A stretch of 64,000 bases of DNA from Clostridia bacterium (GTDB taxonomy: Bacteria > Bacillota > Clostridia > Christensenellales > UBA1242). The stretch lies in the NCBI GenBank assembly GCA_045637805.1, contig JAZUAE010000012.1:64751-128750 (forward strand), written 5' to 3'. The notes under the pieces were generated by a model, which saw only the letters and a program-made list of their open reading frames with translations, made no database searches and was not told the origin of the DNA. The position numbers were made by a program, and so were the translations under genes. This document shows, piece by piece, positions 18,691 to 28,270 of this stretch; the stretch's first letter is position 1; the number at the start of each line of letters is the position of its first letter.

Positions 18691-19282
18691 TTTTATTTCT
18701 TACGTTTTTATCAATTTTGTATTTATAAAAGAAACCATATTTTTTTCTTGCATCGTCTTCGGCGTTTTCGTAGCGTGCTACGTTAGTGTGCAGGGTGTAT
18801 GCAAAATCACGTTCTTTGCGGTATTTTCTCTGCAATCGAGATAGCTTTCTAATAGTAAATTGTTGTGCATCGCGCTCGATCGCTTGGTTGTTGTACATAA
18901 CGCGGTCTTCTCTAGAAGAAAAATAGTTTTGCCAGTTCTTTTGCCATCTTTTTTGCTTGAACTGATACCATTTTAATTTCTTATTCACAACGGCGAACTG
19001 GCTTGCGTGTCTGCCTTCATGAATGATCGTTTCTAGGGCATGAAATCTCATCTCTGGATTATATATCAAGTCCTCGTGTATATAAATTAGTTGTTTACCT
19101 TTTGTTGAGGCAAACATGCCAAGACTTTTCCATGTTGGGTCGTCATAAACCCTGACCTCGATTGCGTCACGATTTTGCTGGCGAGCAAGTTTGTTTTCAA
19201 GTGCCTGTAAAACCTTTAACCGATAATCGGGTGTGAGTTTGTTCCATTTTTTGTATTTGAATTTGCTATAAATAAAAAACAT
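18686..19282 (-). CDS. Uncharacterised HExxH protein (putative zinc metallopeptidase)
   Basis: HEGRH at nt 19007-19021, with a YNNQAIERDA motif downstream. The ATG at 19282 is preferred over the GTG at 19291 because an AGGTGG SD lies 5 nt upstream of it. Confidence 0.6.
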   Translation of the reverse strand: MFFIYSKFKYKKWNKLTPDYRLKVLQALENKLARQQNRDAIEVRVYDDPTWKSLGMFASTKGKQLIYIHEDLIYNPEMRFHALETIIHEGRHASQFAVVNKKLKWYQFKQKRWQKNWQNYFSSREDRVMYNNQAIERDAQQFTIRKLSRLQRKYRKERDFAYTLHTNVARYENAEDDARKKYGFFYKYKIDKNVRNKK

Positions 19283-19350
19283 AAATTCCACCTATAGATA
19301 TAGAATACATTTTTTTTATAAATTTGTCTATTATTTTAAAGTGTAATTTG

Positions 19351-19379
19351 TTTACAAAAATCTTGGCGTTTGGTACAAT
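19351..19379 (+). promoter_or_regulatory. Candidate promoter giving a leaderless ogg mRNA
   Basis: TTTACA (19351-56), 17-nt spacer, TGgTACAAT (19371-79). Exactly 6 nt follow before the ATG at 19386, with no SD. Confidence 0.45.
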
Positions 19380-19385
19380 GATATT

Positions 19386-20219
19386 ATGAAGTATGTAGTC
19401 TTAGACGATAGAATTCTTATAGAAAAACATGAGGATTTCGACGCAAAACAAATTTTGGAGAGTGGGCAGATCTTCAGATATGGAAAATCCGCCGATTTTT
19501 GGTGGTGCGCAAGTGGGGATAAGTTTGCTAAAATCTATGAAAAGCAAGATGCTATCGAGATTAAAACAGCGTCGCCTGCATACTTTGAAGAGTTTTTTGA
19601 TTTAAAAACTGATTATTCCAAAATAAAAAGGAAACTTTCACAAGATCCTTTTATGGCTAAGGTTGTGTCTTTTTGTCCTGGTATTAGGATTTTAAAGCGT
19701 GAAAAACAGGATACCATAATCGAGTTTATTATTTCTGCAAATAATAACATATCAAGAATAAAGAAAATTGTGGACACACTTTGTGTTAAACTTGGTGAAA
19801 ACAAAGGGGAGTATTACGCTTTCCCAACACTAAAAAAACTATCAGAGCAGACCTTAGAATTTTTTAACAGTCTTGGCGCTGGGTATAGGGGTGAATATCT
19901 ATACAAGTCAGTTCAGATACTAAAAAACTTGGACATTGAGAATCTTAGCAGGTTAAGTTCAGACGAACTTAAAAAGTTTCTTATAGATATGCCAGGAATC
20001 GGGCCTAAGGTTGCCAGTTGTATTATGCTATTTGGTTTTAATCGAGGAGAATGTTTCCCAGTGGATACTTGGATAGAAAAGGTATACCGCGAAAACTTTG
20101 GTGGCAAATTGAAATCGCGCACAGCTATAACTGAATATTTTGAGACAAAATTTGGTAAAAATTCGGGTATTGCTCAACAGTTTTTGTTCTATGCTAAACG
20201 AGAGAATATATTAAAATAA
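19386..20219 (+). CDS. ogg: 8-oxoguanine DNA glycosylase (Ogg, HhH-GPD family)
   Basis: HhH-GPD motif LIDMPGIGPKVASCIMLFGF...FPVDTW, containing the catalytic Lys and Asp. OGG_N-like N-terminal domain. Confidence 0.8.
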   Translation: MKYVVLDDRILIEKHEDFDAKQILESGQIFRYGKSADFWWCASGDKFAKIYEKQDAIEIKTASPAYFEEFFDLKTDYSKIKRKLSQDPFMAKVVSFCPGIRILKREKQDTIIEFIISANNNISRIKKIVDTLCVKLGENKGEYYAFPTLKKLSEQTLEFFNSLGAGYRGEYLYKSVQILKNLDIENLSRLSSDELKKFLIDMPGIGPKVASCIMLFGFNRGECFPVDTWIEKVYRENFGGKLKSRTAITEYFETKFGKNSGIAQQFLFYAKRENILK

Positions 20220-20234
20220 ATTTTAAAATGGGTA

Positions 20235-20263
20235 TTGAAAAAATCTATAATGTATGTTAGAAT
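20235..20263 (+). promoter_or_regulatory. Candidate sigma-A promoter of nfeD-floA
   Basis: TTGAAA (20235-40), 17-nt spacer, TGtTAGAAT (20255-63). Confidence 0.45.
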
Positions 20264-20289
20264 GTACGTGCTACCCAAAAGGAGTGGTT

Positions 20290-20823
20290 ATGTTTAATGC
20301 TTTTGTAAGTCTATTTGCCGGAATGAACGCGTTAACGATTGTGACATTTGTTTTGACAAACGCTTGTTTTATTCTTTGGATTTTCTTTAGAAGGTTTAAG
20401 TTTTTGCCTTTTATCGGAATCATCGGAATTTTGCTAACTATATTGTTTAGACTACAGGCGGGATATGCAAATGGCAATGAGCCTCTTTTATTTACATTTT
20501 GGACAACGTTATTAGTTGTGGGGCTTTACATAATCGCAAATTTCACAGTAAAAACCATATATAACTACAATCGAAACAAAAAAAGCAGAGTTGGTTATAT
20601 GCACAAGACCGAAATTAAGCTCAATAAAAAGGGCACACCAGATTTTGAGGATATGCTTGGAAAGACTGGTATTTGTAAAACTGACCTGAGACCTACAGGT
20701 AAAGTTGATTTTGGTGACAAGGTGCTTGATTGTATCGCAAATAAGGGATACATATATGCTGGCTTAAAAGTTAAGGTTGTAAAAATTGAGGGATATAAGA
20801 TTGTGGTAGCTAAAAGAAAATAG
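20290..20823 (+). CDS. NfeD-family membrane protein
   Basis: TM-rich N-terminus and a C-terminal NfeD OB-fold motif ([27 protein letters not shown]...VKVVKIEG). AAGGAG SD upstream of the ATG at 20290. Confidence 0.75.
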   Translation: MFNAFVSLFAGMNALTIVTFVLTNACFILWIFFRRFKFLPFIGIIGILLTILFRLQAGYANGNEPLLFTFWTTLLVVGLYIIANFTVKTIYNYNRNKKSRVGYMHKTEIKLNKKGTPDFEDMLGKTGICKTDLRPTGKVDFGDKVLDCIANKGYIYAGLKVKVVKIEGYKIVVAKRK

Positions 20824-20834
20824 GAGGCATATTT

Positions 20835-21905
20835 ATGTCAAACTTACTACTTTCAATTAGCGTTGGTGGAATTGTTGCTCTTTCTGTGCTTGGTGCAGCT
20901 ATTATTGCAACAATCGTTGTTATTTTATGCTTAGTGCCACTTCGTTTGTGGTTTAGGGCGCTTATGAGTAGCGCGCATATACCTATGACAAAACTTGTCG
21001 GCATGAAAATGCGTAAGGTAAATGTTACTAATATCGTTTTGAATTATATCACTGCTAAAAAGGCAGGTTTAAATATTACTCTTGAAGAACTCGAAACTCA
21101 CTCTATGGCAGGTGGGGACATTGAACGTGTTGTAAAAGCTTTGGTTTCTGCAACAAGTGCAAACTTTGATTTGTCTATACAAACAGCTAAAGCTATCGAC
21201 CTTGCAGGTCGTGACGTTTATCAGGCTGTTAGAACTTCAGTTGTTCCTAAAATTATAGAAACCCCAGAAATTTGCGCAATGGCTAAAGATGGTATCGAAT
21301 TAAAAGTTAAAGCAAAAGTTACTGTTACATCAAATATGCACATGCAGATATCTGGTGCTGGTGAGGAGACTATAATTGCAAGGGTTGGTGAGGGTATCGT
21401 TACAGCCGTTGGTTCTGCGGCAAATCACAAAATGGTAATTGAAAGCCCAGACATTATATCTAACACAGTGCTTAGTAAGGGGCTTGATAGTGGCACAGCG
21501 TATGAAATTGTGTCAATCGACATTGCATCTGTTGATGTTGGTAGAAATATAGGTGCCGAGCTTGATATTGCTGAGGCTGAGGCCGAAAAGAGAATTGCTC
21601 AGTCTAAAGCTGAAGAACGTAAATGTATGGCTATTGCTGCTGAAAACGAGATGAAAGCAAAAGTTCAAGAAATGAGAGCATTAGTTGTTCAAGCTGAAGC
21701 TGAAGTTCCTAAAGCTCTTGCACGTGCCCTTGACTCTGGTAAGCTTTCAGCTATGGATTATTATGAATTGCAAAATCTAAAAGCAGATACTGCTATGAGA
21801 GCGGCTCTAGGTGCAGATGCTGAAAAACAAGATTCATCTGATGGTGACGGCGGAGGAAAACCTCCTCGTCCATTCTTTCCAGGCCGTTTTGGTGGAAATA
21901 ATTAA
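20835..21905 (+). CDS. floA: Flotillin-like protein FloA (YqfA/UPF0365)
   Basis: [53 protein letters not shown] matches the FloA family. A Gly/Pro-rich C-terminal extension follows. Confidence 0.9.
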   Translation: MSNLLLSISVGGIVALSVLGAAIIATIVVILCLVPLRLWFRALMSSAHIPMTKLVGMKMRKVNVTNIVLNYITAKKAGLNITLEELETHSMAGGDIERVVKALVSATSANFDLSIQTAKAIDLAGRDVYQAVRTSVVPKIIETPEICAMAKDGIELKVKAKVTVTSNMHMQISGAGEETIIARVGEGIVTAVGSAANHKMVIESPDIISNTVLSKGLDSGTAYEIVSIDIASVDVGRNIGAELDIAEAEAEKRIAQSKAEERKCMAIAAENEMKAKVQEMRALVVQAEAEVPKALARALDSGKLSAMDYYELQNLKADTAMRAALGADAEKQDSSDGDGGGKPPRPFFPGRFGGNN

Positions 21906-22657
21906 TGACAACATTTATTCTTATTTTAATAATTACTTGTGGTTGCCTTGGCGCTTGCTGGGCAATTTTTCATGTGAAAAAACAAAAGAAGAATAAGGGT
22001 AACGCTGAAGTTGTTGAAACAAAGGCGGAGCCTGAAGCCACTGAAGACAAAAATGAAATAAAAGAGGATATAAAGCTTACTAAAAATAGTAAATTTAAAA
22101 TTGTTAAGACTGCTACTCTTGCGCCAAAGATCGAGCGTGTGTTCCAAAAAGAAGAACACGAAACAGAAGAGGAGCCTGTGGTGACAATTAGGAATACTGA
22201 AGTAAAACCAAAAAAAGCTGTGGGTGGAGATGCTGCAAAAAGTATAGAAAGAGTCTTTTCTGGCAAAAAAGAAAGTGAAGAAGTAAAAGAAGAGATCAAA
22301 TGTGAGCATAATGTAAAAACTGAACCTAAAAGAACTCCAAGTATAAGTGATAGAATAGAGTTTAGAAATCATTTAGATGAGATTTATAAAGGTTTCGCTA
22401 CCGGCGTAAAAAATAATTCGAATGTGGCATCTGAGATTGAAAAGTTGCAAAATGAGGAAATGGTAAAAAATGTAAGCACAACATTTTCTGATGTTAGAAG
22501 ATCTAGTATGTTTGCAACATACTTTAATCAAGTCCAAATGGGTGACACTGAAGATAAAAAATCCAAAAAAATTAACATGAAAGATGTTGTTTTGGCTGAT
22601 ACAATCATGAATAGACCACGACTTTCAAAAAATTTTAAAAAAGTTGAGAAAAAATAA
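21905..22657 (+). CDS. Lys/Glu-rich membrane-anchored protein, function unknown
   Basis: One N-terminal TM followed by a low-complexity charged region containing two IERVF repeats. ATGA-type coupling to floA. Confidence 0.6.
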   Translation: MTTFILILIITCGCLGACWAIFHVKKQKKNKGNAEVVETKAEPEATEDKNEIKEDIKLTKNSKFKIVKTATLAPKIERVFQKEEHETEEEPVVTIRNTEVKPKKAVGGDAAKSIERVFSGKKESEEVKEEIKCEHNVKTEPKRTPSISDRIEFRNHLDEIYKGFATGVKNNSNVASEIEKLQNEEMVKNVSTTFSDVRRSSMFATYFNQVQMGDTEDKKSKKINMKDVVLADTIMNRPRLSKNFKKVEKK

Positions 22658-22716
22658 AGGATTTTCAAAATCTTTTACGAATATTAGAAGTGTATGAACT
22701 TTTTTGGGGGTAAACT

Positions 22717-24522
22717 TTGACTAACGGTTTTCCAAATGGTTTTATTGATGAACTAAAAGCAAAGAATGATATTGTGTCTGTTGTTTCAAGATATGTAACT
22801 CTTGAACGTAAAGGCAGAACTTTTTGGGGGAGATGTCCTTTCCATGGTGAAAAGACTCCCTCTTTTGCTGTAAACGAAAATGATCAGTTTTATCATTGTT
22901 TTGGTTGCCATGTGGGTGGTGATGTAGTTAAGTTTGTGCAGGAAATAGAATCGATAGATTTTATGGACGCAATTAATCTTCTTGCTGAATGGGCGCACAT
23001 GGAAGTGCCAAAGCTTAATCCAACTGATAATATTGCAATAGAAAAAAAGAAAAAGCAGAAAGAACGTTTGCAAAATTTAATGCGTGACGCTGCTGTGTAT
23101 TATAATAAAAATTTAGCACTTGACGTGGCAAAACCTGCTAAAGATTATTTGGTTAAAAGACATGTAAATTCAGCCGTTGCGACAAAGTTTGGTTTAGGAT
23201 ATTCTCTCGGGTTTAATGAAGTTATTGAGCATTTATCAAAACTAGGTTACTCTTTAGACGAGATGCTTTCTGCAGGAGTAGTTAAACAAAATGGTTCAGG
23301 CAGATACTATGATGCAGTTGCTGGCAGACTTGTATTTCCAGTAGTGGATATTTATGGTAAAGTTATAGCCTTTTGTGGCAGAAGTTTGGATCAGAATGTG
23401 TCATTTGCAAAATATTTAAACACGGCTGAGACGCCTATTTTTAGTAAGGGTAAAACCCTTTTCGGTATAAACTTAGTTAAGAAGAAAAAACAAATTGAGC
23501 CTGTTGACTATATGATTGTTGTTGAGGGACACATGGACGTTGTATCTCTCCACAAGGCGGGGTTTGATACTGCAGTCGCAAGTATGGGTACAGCCTTAAC
23601 TGAGGATCAGGCAAAACTCATTAAACGTATGTCGGATAGAGTCTTTATTTGTTATGATGGGGATTCTGCGGGTAAAAAAGCAACTCTTCGCGGCTTAGAT
23701 ATTTTGAAAAAGAATGGACTAGATGTTAAGGTTGTTTCAATGCCTGAAGGTATGGATCCAGATGATGTTATAAATAAGTATGGCGACGCAGGTTACAAAA
23801 AATGCTTAGATAGAGCCTTGCCGCTCGTTGAGTTTAAACTTAAGTATTTACAAAAATTATATGATATGACCTCGCATGATGGAAAAGCTAAATACTTAGA
23901 AGATGCGTTAACAGTGCTTAAAGATTTAAGTGAGGTTGAATGTGAAGTTTATATTGATTTAGTTTCTAAACTTAGTGATTGCAATAAAGATTTTATACGC
24001 AGACATTTAACCGGAAAAGCCGATGTTCAACCACAAGCGAATAAGGCGAAAGTTATTCCTGTTGAGGCGGAAAAGGTTATAGATTCAGGCTTGGTTAAAG
24101 CTGAAAAGACAATTCTATCTTGTATGGTGCACGCAAAACCATTTGTGGTAGATCAGGGTAATTTGGCGAGTCTTTTTACTGAAGATAGACGCGAATTCTA
24201 TGAATTCTTGTATAATGCATTGAAAAACACTGTTGACTCTAAATCTCTTGTGCAAGAGTTTTACAATAAATTTAGCTCAGAATACAGTGATTCTGCTAGC
24301 GAAATTGTGAATTATTTATTAATATCGGGTCAAGAACAGTTCGATGGATTGGCATACAAAGATTCCATTTGGAAATTAGTTAATAATTACTATAAAAAAC
24401 AAATAGATGAACTGAATAATGAAATTCAAGTGACAAGTGATACGTCAAAACGCAGAGAATTAGCTGGTAAAGTAAAAGAAATTTTGGAAAAAATAAAAAA
24501 TAAAAAGGTGGAAATTATATGA
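22717..24522 (+). CDS. dnaG: DNA primase
   Basis: TTG start. Zinc finger [11 protein letters not shown]...CFGCH. TOPRIM motifs ([18 protein letters not shown]). Confidence 0.95.
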   Translation: MTNGFPNGFIDELKAKNDIVSVVSRYVTLERKGRTFWGRCPFHGEKTPSFAVNENDQFYHCFGCHVGGDVVKFVQEIESIDFMDAINLLAEWAHMEVPKLNPTDNIAIEKKKKQKERLQNLMRDAAVYYNKNLALDVAKPAKDYLVKRHVNSAVATKFGLGYSLGFNEVIEHLSKLGYSLDEMLSAGVVKQNGSGRYYDAVAGRLVFPVVDIYGKVIAFCGRSLDQNVSFAKYLNTAETPIFSKGKTLFGINLVKKKKQIEPVDYMIVVEGHMDVVSLHKAGFDTAVASMGTALTEDQAKLIKRMSDRVFICYDGDSAGKKATLRGLDILKKNGLDVKVVSMPEGMDPDDVINKYGDAGYKKCLDRALPLVEFKLKYLQKLYDMTSHDGKAKYLEDALTVLKDLSEVECEVYIDLVSKLSDCNKDFIRRHLTGKADVQPQANKAKVIPVEAEKVIDSGLVKAEKTILSCMVHAKPFVVDQGNLASLFTEDRREFYEFLYNALKNTVDSKSLVQEFYNKFSSEYSDSASEIVNYLLISGQEQFDGLAYKDSIWKLVNNYYKKQIDELNNEIQVTSDTSKRRELAGKVKEILEKIKNKKVEII

Positions 24523-25571
24523 TAAAACCTGAAAAATTAGATTTAGAGATTCAAAAAATAATTGAGATCGGTAAAAAGAAAGGCGAACTTTCTATGGACG
24601 AAGTTGCCGAGCGCTTTTCAAAACTCAATATTGATGAAGTTGATGAAATATTAAACCGCATTCAAGAGGCTGGTGTAACTCTTATTGAAAACAACGATCT
24701 TGACACCGATGCAGATATTGAAAGTTTGCTTACAAGTGAAGCAACCGACGACCCTGTTAAAATCTATTTAAAGGATATCGGTAAAGTTCCACTTTTGACA
24801 ATGCAAGAGGAAAAAGAACTTGCTATACGTATGAAAGAAGGCGACGAAGATGCTAAAAGCAAACTTTCAGAAGCTAACTTACGTTTGGTAGTATCTATTG
24901 CTAAACGTTATGTTGGTAGAGGATTGTTATTTCTTGACCTTATCCAAGAAGGAAACTTTGGTTTGATGAAGGCTGTTGAAAAGTTTGACTATACAAAGCA
25001 GTTTAGATTTTCAACTTATGCTACTTGGTGGATTAGACAATCAATAACCCGTGCTATAGCTGACCAGGCAAGAGTAATTCGTATTCCTGTGCACATGGTT
25101 GAAACAATCAACAAACAAACAAGAATATCAAGACAACTCATGCAAAGATTTGGTCGTGAACCAACAACTGAAGAAATTGCAAAGGAAATGGGTGTTTCTG
25201 AAGAAAAAGTTAGAGACATACAAAAGATATCTCAAGATACAGTTTCACTTGATACGCCTGTTGGTGAAGAGGAAGATAGTAATCTTGGCACATTTATTCA
25301 AGACGAAACAGCAGCATCTCCAAGTGAGTCAGCTACAGTCATAATGTTAAAAGAACAGCTTTTGGAAGTTCTTAACACATTAACTCCACGTGAACAAAAA
25401 GTAATCATGCTTCGTTATGGTATTGACGATGGCCACCCAAGAACTCTTGAGGAGGTTGGTCGTGAATTTAATGTAACTCGTGAAAGAATACGTCAGATTG
25501 AGGCTAAAGCTCTTAAAAAATTAAGACACCCTTCAAGAAGTAAAAGATTACGTGATTTCTTAGAGGATTAA
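24519..25571 (+). CDS. sigA: Primary RNA polymerase sigma factor (SigA/RpoD)
   Basis: Regions 1.2-4.2 are present: [61 protein letters not shown]. Confidence 0.97.
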   Translation: MIKPEKLDLEIQKIIEIGKKKGELSMDEVAERFSKLNIDEVDEILNRIQEAGVTLIENNDLDTDADIESLLTSEATDDPVKIYLKDIGKVPLLTMQEEKELAIRMKEGDEDAKSKLSEANLRLVVSIAKRYVGRGLLFLDLIQEGNFGLMKAVEKFDYTKQFRFSTYATWWIRQSITRAIADQARVIRIPVHMVETINKQTRISRQLMQRFGREPTTEEIAKEMGVSEEKVRDIQKISQDTVSLDTPVGEEEDSNLGTFIQDETAASPSESATVIMLKEQLLEVLNTLTPREQKVIMLRYGIDDGHPRTLEEVGREFNVTRERIRQIEAKALKKLRHPSRSKRLRDFLED

Positions 25572-25572
25572 G

Positions 25573-26229
25573 ATGATAAAGAGCAAACGCTTGGAAAAAA
25601 TTAATGACCTTATACCTCGTAGTAATTGTGTAATAGATGTTGGTTGTGACCATGGCTACCTTGAGGAACTATTAATTAAGAGTGGAAAAGTGAAAAAGGT
25701 GATAGCTACTGATATAAGTAGTAAAAGTTTGCAAAAAACTGAAGTTAGGGCGAAAAAACTTAACATTTTGGACAAAATAGAACTTATATGTTGTGATGGA
25801 TTACGTTTTAAAGGTCAAAGTAAGTCAAACCTCGCAATTATTGCTGGTATAGGCGGAATTGAAACTGTGGACATAATAAAGAATAATACAATCAAAGAAG
25901 TAGATGAGTTTATTTTGTTACCAGTTCAAAATGCTGTTTATGTAAGAGATTATTTAATTAAGAACAATTATAAAATAATTCACGATGAAACAATTTTTGA
26001 AAAAGGAAAGTTTTATAGTTTAATTTATTGTAAAAAATCAGATAGGTCAAACTGGGACAATAAATATTTTGGACTTACCGACCTAAAAGAAAGAGGCGAG
26101 GATTTTCAAAAATTTGTTGAAAGAGAACTTAAAAATCTTAAATTTTTAGACAACCCAAAACTTTTTGGTAAAAATCTATTTGAAAAACAAGAATATAGAA
26201 AAATGCTATTAAAAATAAAAGGAGAATAG
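25573..26229 (+). CDS. trmK: tRNA (adenine22-N1)-methyltransferase TrmK
   Basis: DVGCDHGYL and CDGL motifs. Conserved position downstream of sigA, as in Bacillus. Confidence 0.8.
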   Translation: MIKSKRLEKINDLIPRSNCVIDVGCDHGYLEELLIKSGKVKKVIATDISSKSLQKTEVRAKKLNILDKIELICCDGLRFKGQSKSNLAIIAGIGGIETVDIIKNNTIKEVDEFILLPVQNAVYVRDYLIKNNYKIIHDETIFEKGKFYSLIYCKKSDRSNWDNKYFGLTDLKERGEDFQKFVERELKNLKFLDNPKLFGKNLFEKQEYRKMLLKIKGE

Positions 26230-26231
26230 TT

Positions 26232-26918
26232 ATGCAAGATATTTTAAAGTATCAAGATGTTGATTATAAAATCAAAAAAATAGAAGGCGAAATTCTTTCA
26301 AGTGAAAGTAGACAGAACGCTGGTAAGATGCAGCAATATTTAAAAGACTCACAAAATAAAATTATGCAACTTGAAAATTCAAGTGGAAAAGTTGTAGAAA
26401 CTTATAAAAAGGCAACAAAATTATATAATGATTTTGTGGATAAACTTTCAGAGTTAAATAAAAAAATTGAAGGTTCAACTTTAGAAAATATTGACGGTTT
26501 AAAAGAATTAGTTAGTAAATATTATGATATTCTATCTAAGCTTGAAAGAGAAATTTCAAGTTTATCAAATCAAATAAACAATATTAATAAAGATTTTGAT
26601 AATGTAATGAAAAATGCAAGAACTGCGAGAAAAAATCTCGAGGTTTACAAAGAAGAATATAGCAAATTAAAGTCTTCAAAAGAGCCTGAAATTGCAGCAC
26701 TTAAAAAAGAACTCGAGAACTTAAAAGCAAAAGTGAATCCAGAATTATTAAAAAAATATTTGGCTAAAAAAGAAGGCAAATTTCCTGTGTTTGTACCAGA
26801 AAAAGATGGTAGATGTGGTGGGTGTCGTATGGAGATACCGGGTAGTAAATTAAATGAATTAACAAGTGGTGGACACATTGAATGTGAGAACTGTGGAAGG
26901 GTAATCTATAAGAAGTAA
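26232..26918 (+). CDS. Coiled-coil / C4 zinc-ribbon protein (COG1579-like)
   Basis: Long coiled-coil plus a C-terminal CGGC...CENCG zinc ribbon. Confidence 0.7.
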   Translation: MQDILKYQDVDYKIKKIEGEILSSESRQNAGKMQQYLKDSQNKIMQLENSSGKVVETYKKATKLYNDFVDKLSELNKKIEGSTLENIDGLKELVSKYYDILSKLEREISSLSNQINNINKDFDNVMKNARTARKNLEVYKEEYSKLKSSKEPEIAALKKELENLKAKVNPELLKKYLAKKEGKFPVFVPEKDGRCGGCRMEIPGSKLNELTSGGHIECENCGRVIYKK

Positions 26919-26921
26919 AAG

Positions 26922-26952
26922 AAAAAATCTAATGGTAACATTAGGTTTTTTT
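26922..26952 (+). terminator. Rho-independent terminator
   Basis: Stem CTAATG/CATTAG (26929-34 / 26939-44, extendable by A-T and U-G pairs) followed by a T7 run. Confidence 0.55.
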
Positions 26953-26991
26953 ATTGTTCATTTTTTGATAGCTAGACGCATAAAGTTTTAT

Positions 26992-28026
26992 ATGAAAAAG
27001 ATTTTTAATGCAAGTCTTCTTATACTTAGTAGTATCATAGGCGTTGGTTTTATTAGTGGCAAAGAAATATATTCCTTTTATGCAAGGTTTGGTCTGTCGG
27101 GACTTATTTTTGGAATGATAACGGGAGTGTTATTTGCTTTTTGTATAGTGTATTTTTTGAACAATTCAAAAAACATTGAAGATATTTTTTATAAAGAAAA
27201 AACGCAAAATTGTGAAAAATTAAATGAAAAATGTTATCAAAACGATAAAAATATTAAAATTAGTGCAATTTTTGAAAAAATGCTAAAAGTGATTTATGTA
27301 ATTATTTCTGCGGTGATGATAAGTGGGTTTAGGTCGTTGTTTTTAAATTTTTTACCAGCGTTTATTGTTGAAATTTTGATATTTGTTATGCTTTTTGTTT
27401 TGATATTTGCACTGCAAAAAGAGATTAAAGGAATTGCTGTAATTTCGAAAATTTTTATGCTTGTATTTTTTATTGTCTTTGCTGTAGTGTTTTTCTCAAA
27501 TACTAGCTTGCTTACTTTGCGTTATGTTAGTGGTGTAAACAATTTATATTGTTTGTGTTTGGTTTTGTTTTATGTTTCGATGAATATTTTTACTTGTTTT
27601 ACTCTTTTAATAAAGGTGGGGAAAAGTCTTAATAAAAAACAATCAATAATTACTGGTGTAGTTTGTGGTTTTTTTATTTCAATTTTTATAGTTTTAAGTG
27701 TTCTTTTGTTATCTTTGTCTAGTGATTCTGTTGATATGCCTATACTTGATATTAGTGGAAGTGGTGTGGTTGGAACCGTTTATGTTTTAGTTGTTGTTTT
27801 AGGGTTGGTCACTACGCTTTTTTCTACATTGTATGGAGCAGTGATTGTTGGTGGAAAGAATGGCATAAAAACTAGAGGATATGTTATATATTTTAGTTAC
27901 ATTCTTTCAAGTTTTGGGTTTTCATCACTTATAAATTCTGTGTACCCTTTACTAGGTTTTTTTACAATGCTTACGTTGATTGTTATTGTTCTTGTTGTTA
28001 AAAACCGCAAAATGTGTAAGAATTAA
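26992..28026 (+). CDS. YkvI-like polytopic membrane protein (putative transporter)
   Basis: The IIGVGFISGKEIYSFY N-terminal motif resembles the YkvI family. About 10 TM. The upstream ATG at 26932 lies inside the terminator hairpin. Confidence 0.6.
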   Translation: MKKIFNASLLILSSIIGVGFISGKEIYSFYARFGLSGLIFGMITGVLFAFCIVYFLNNSKNIEDIFYKEKTQNCEKLNEKCYQNDKNIKISAIFEKMLKVIYVIISAVMISGFRSLFLNFLPAFIVEILIFVMLFVLIFALQKEIKGIAVISKIFMLVFFIVFAVVFFSNTSLLTLRYVSGVNNLYCLCLVLFYVSMNIFTCFTLLIKVGKSLNKKQSIITGVVCGFFISIFIVLSVLLLSLSSDSVDMPILDISGSGVVGTVYVLVVVLGLVTTLFSTLYGAVIVGGKNGIKTRGYVIYFSYILSSFGFSSLINSVYPLLGFFTMLTLIVIVLVVKNRKMCKN

Positions 28027-28185
28027 GTAGAAAAACACATATTTTTTGATTAAATGACATATTTTTCTAAAGTTTGCCTCACACTAAAATTGACATGGTT
28101 TTTTGAGTGAATTGCAAGCAAAAATGGGTGATAATAGAGCTTATAAAAAATAAAATATTTTTTTAATTTAAAACCTATAAATCGT

Positions 28186-28214
28186 TTGGAAAATTTTGCC
28201 TATTTTGTTAGAAT
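28186..28214 (+). promoter_or_regulatory. Candidate sigma-A promoter of the 2500-aa gene
   Basis: TTGGAA (28186-91), 17-nt spacer, TGtTAGAAT (28206-14). Confidence 0.4.
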
Positions 28215-28270
28215 ATTATTATATTAATATAATATCGGGCAAAGTCTGCTCAAAAGATTAGGTGTAACAA

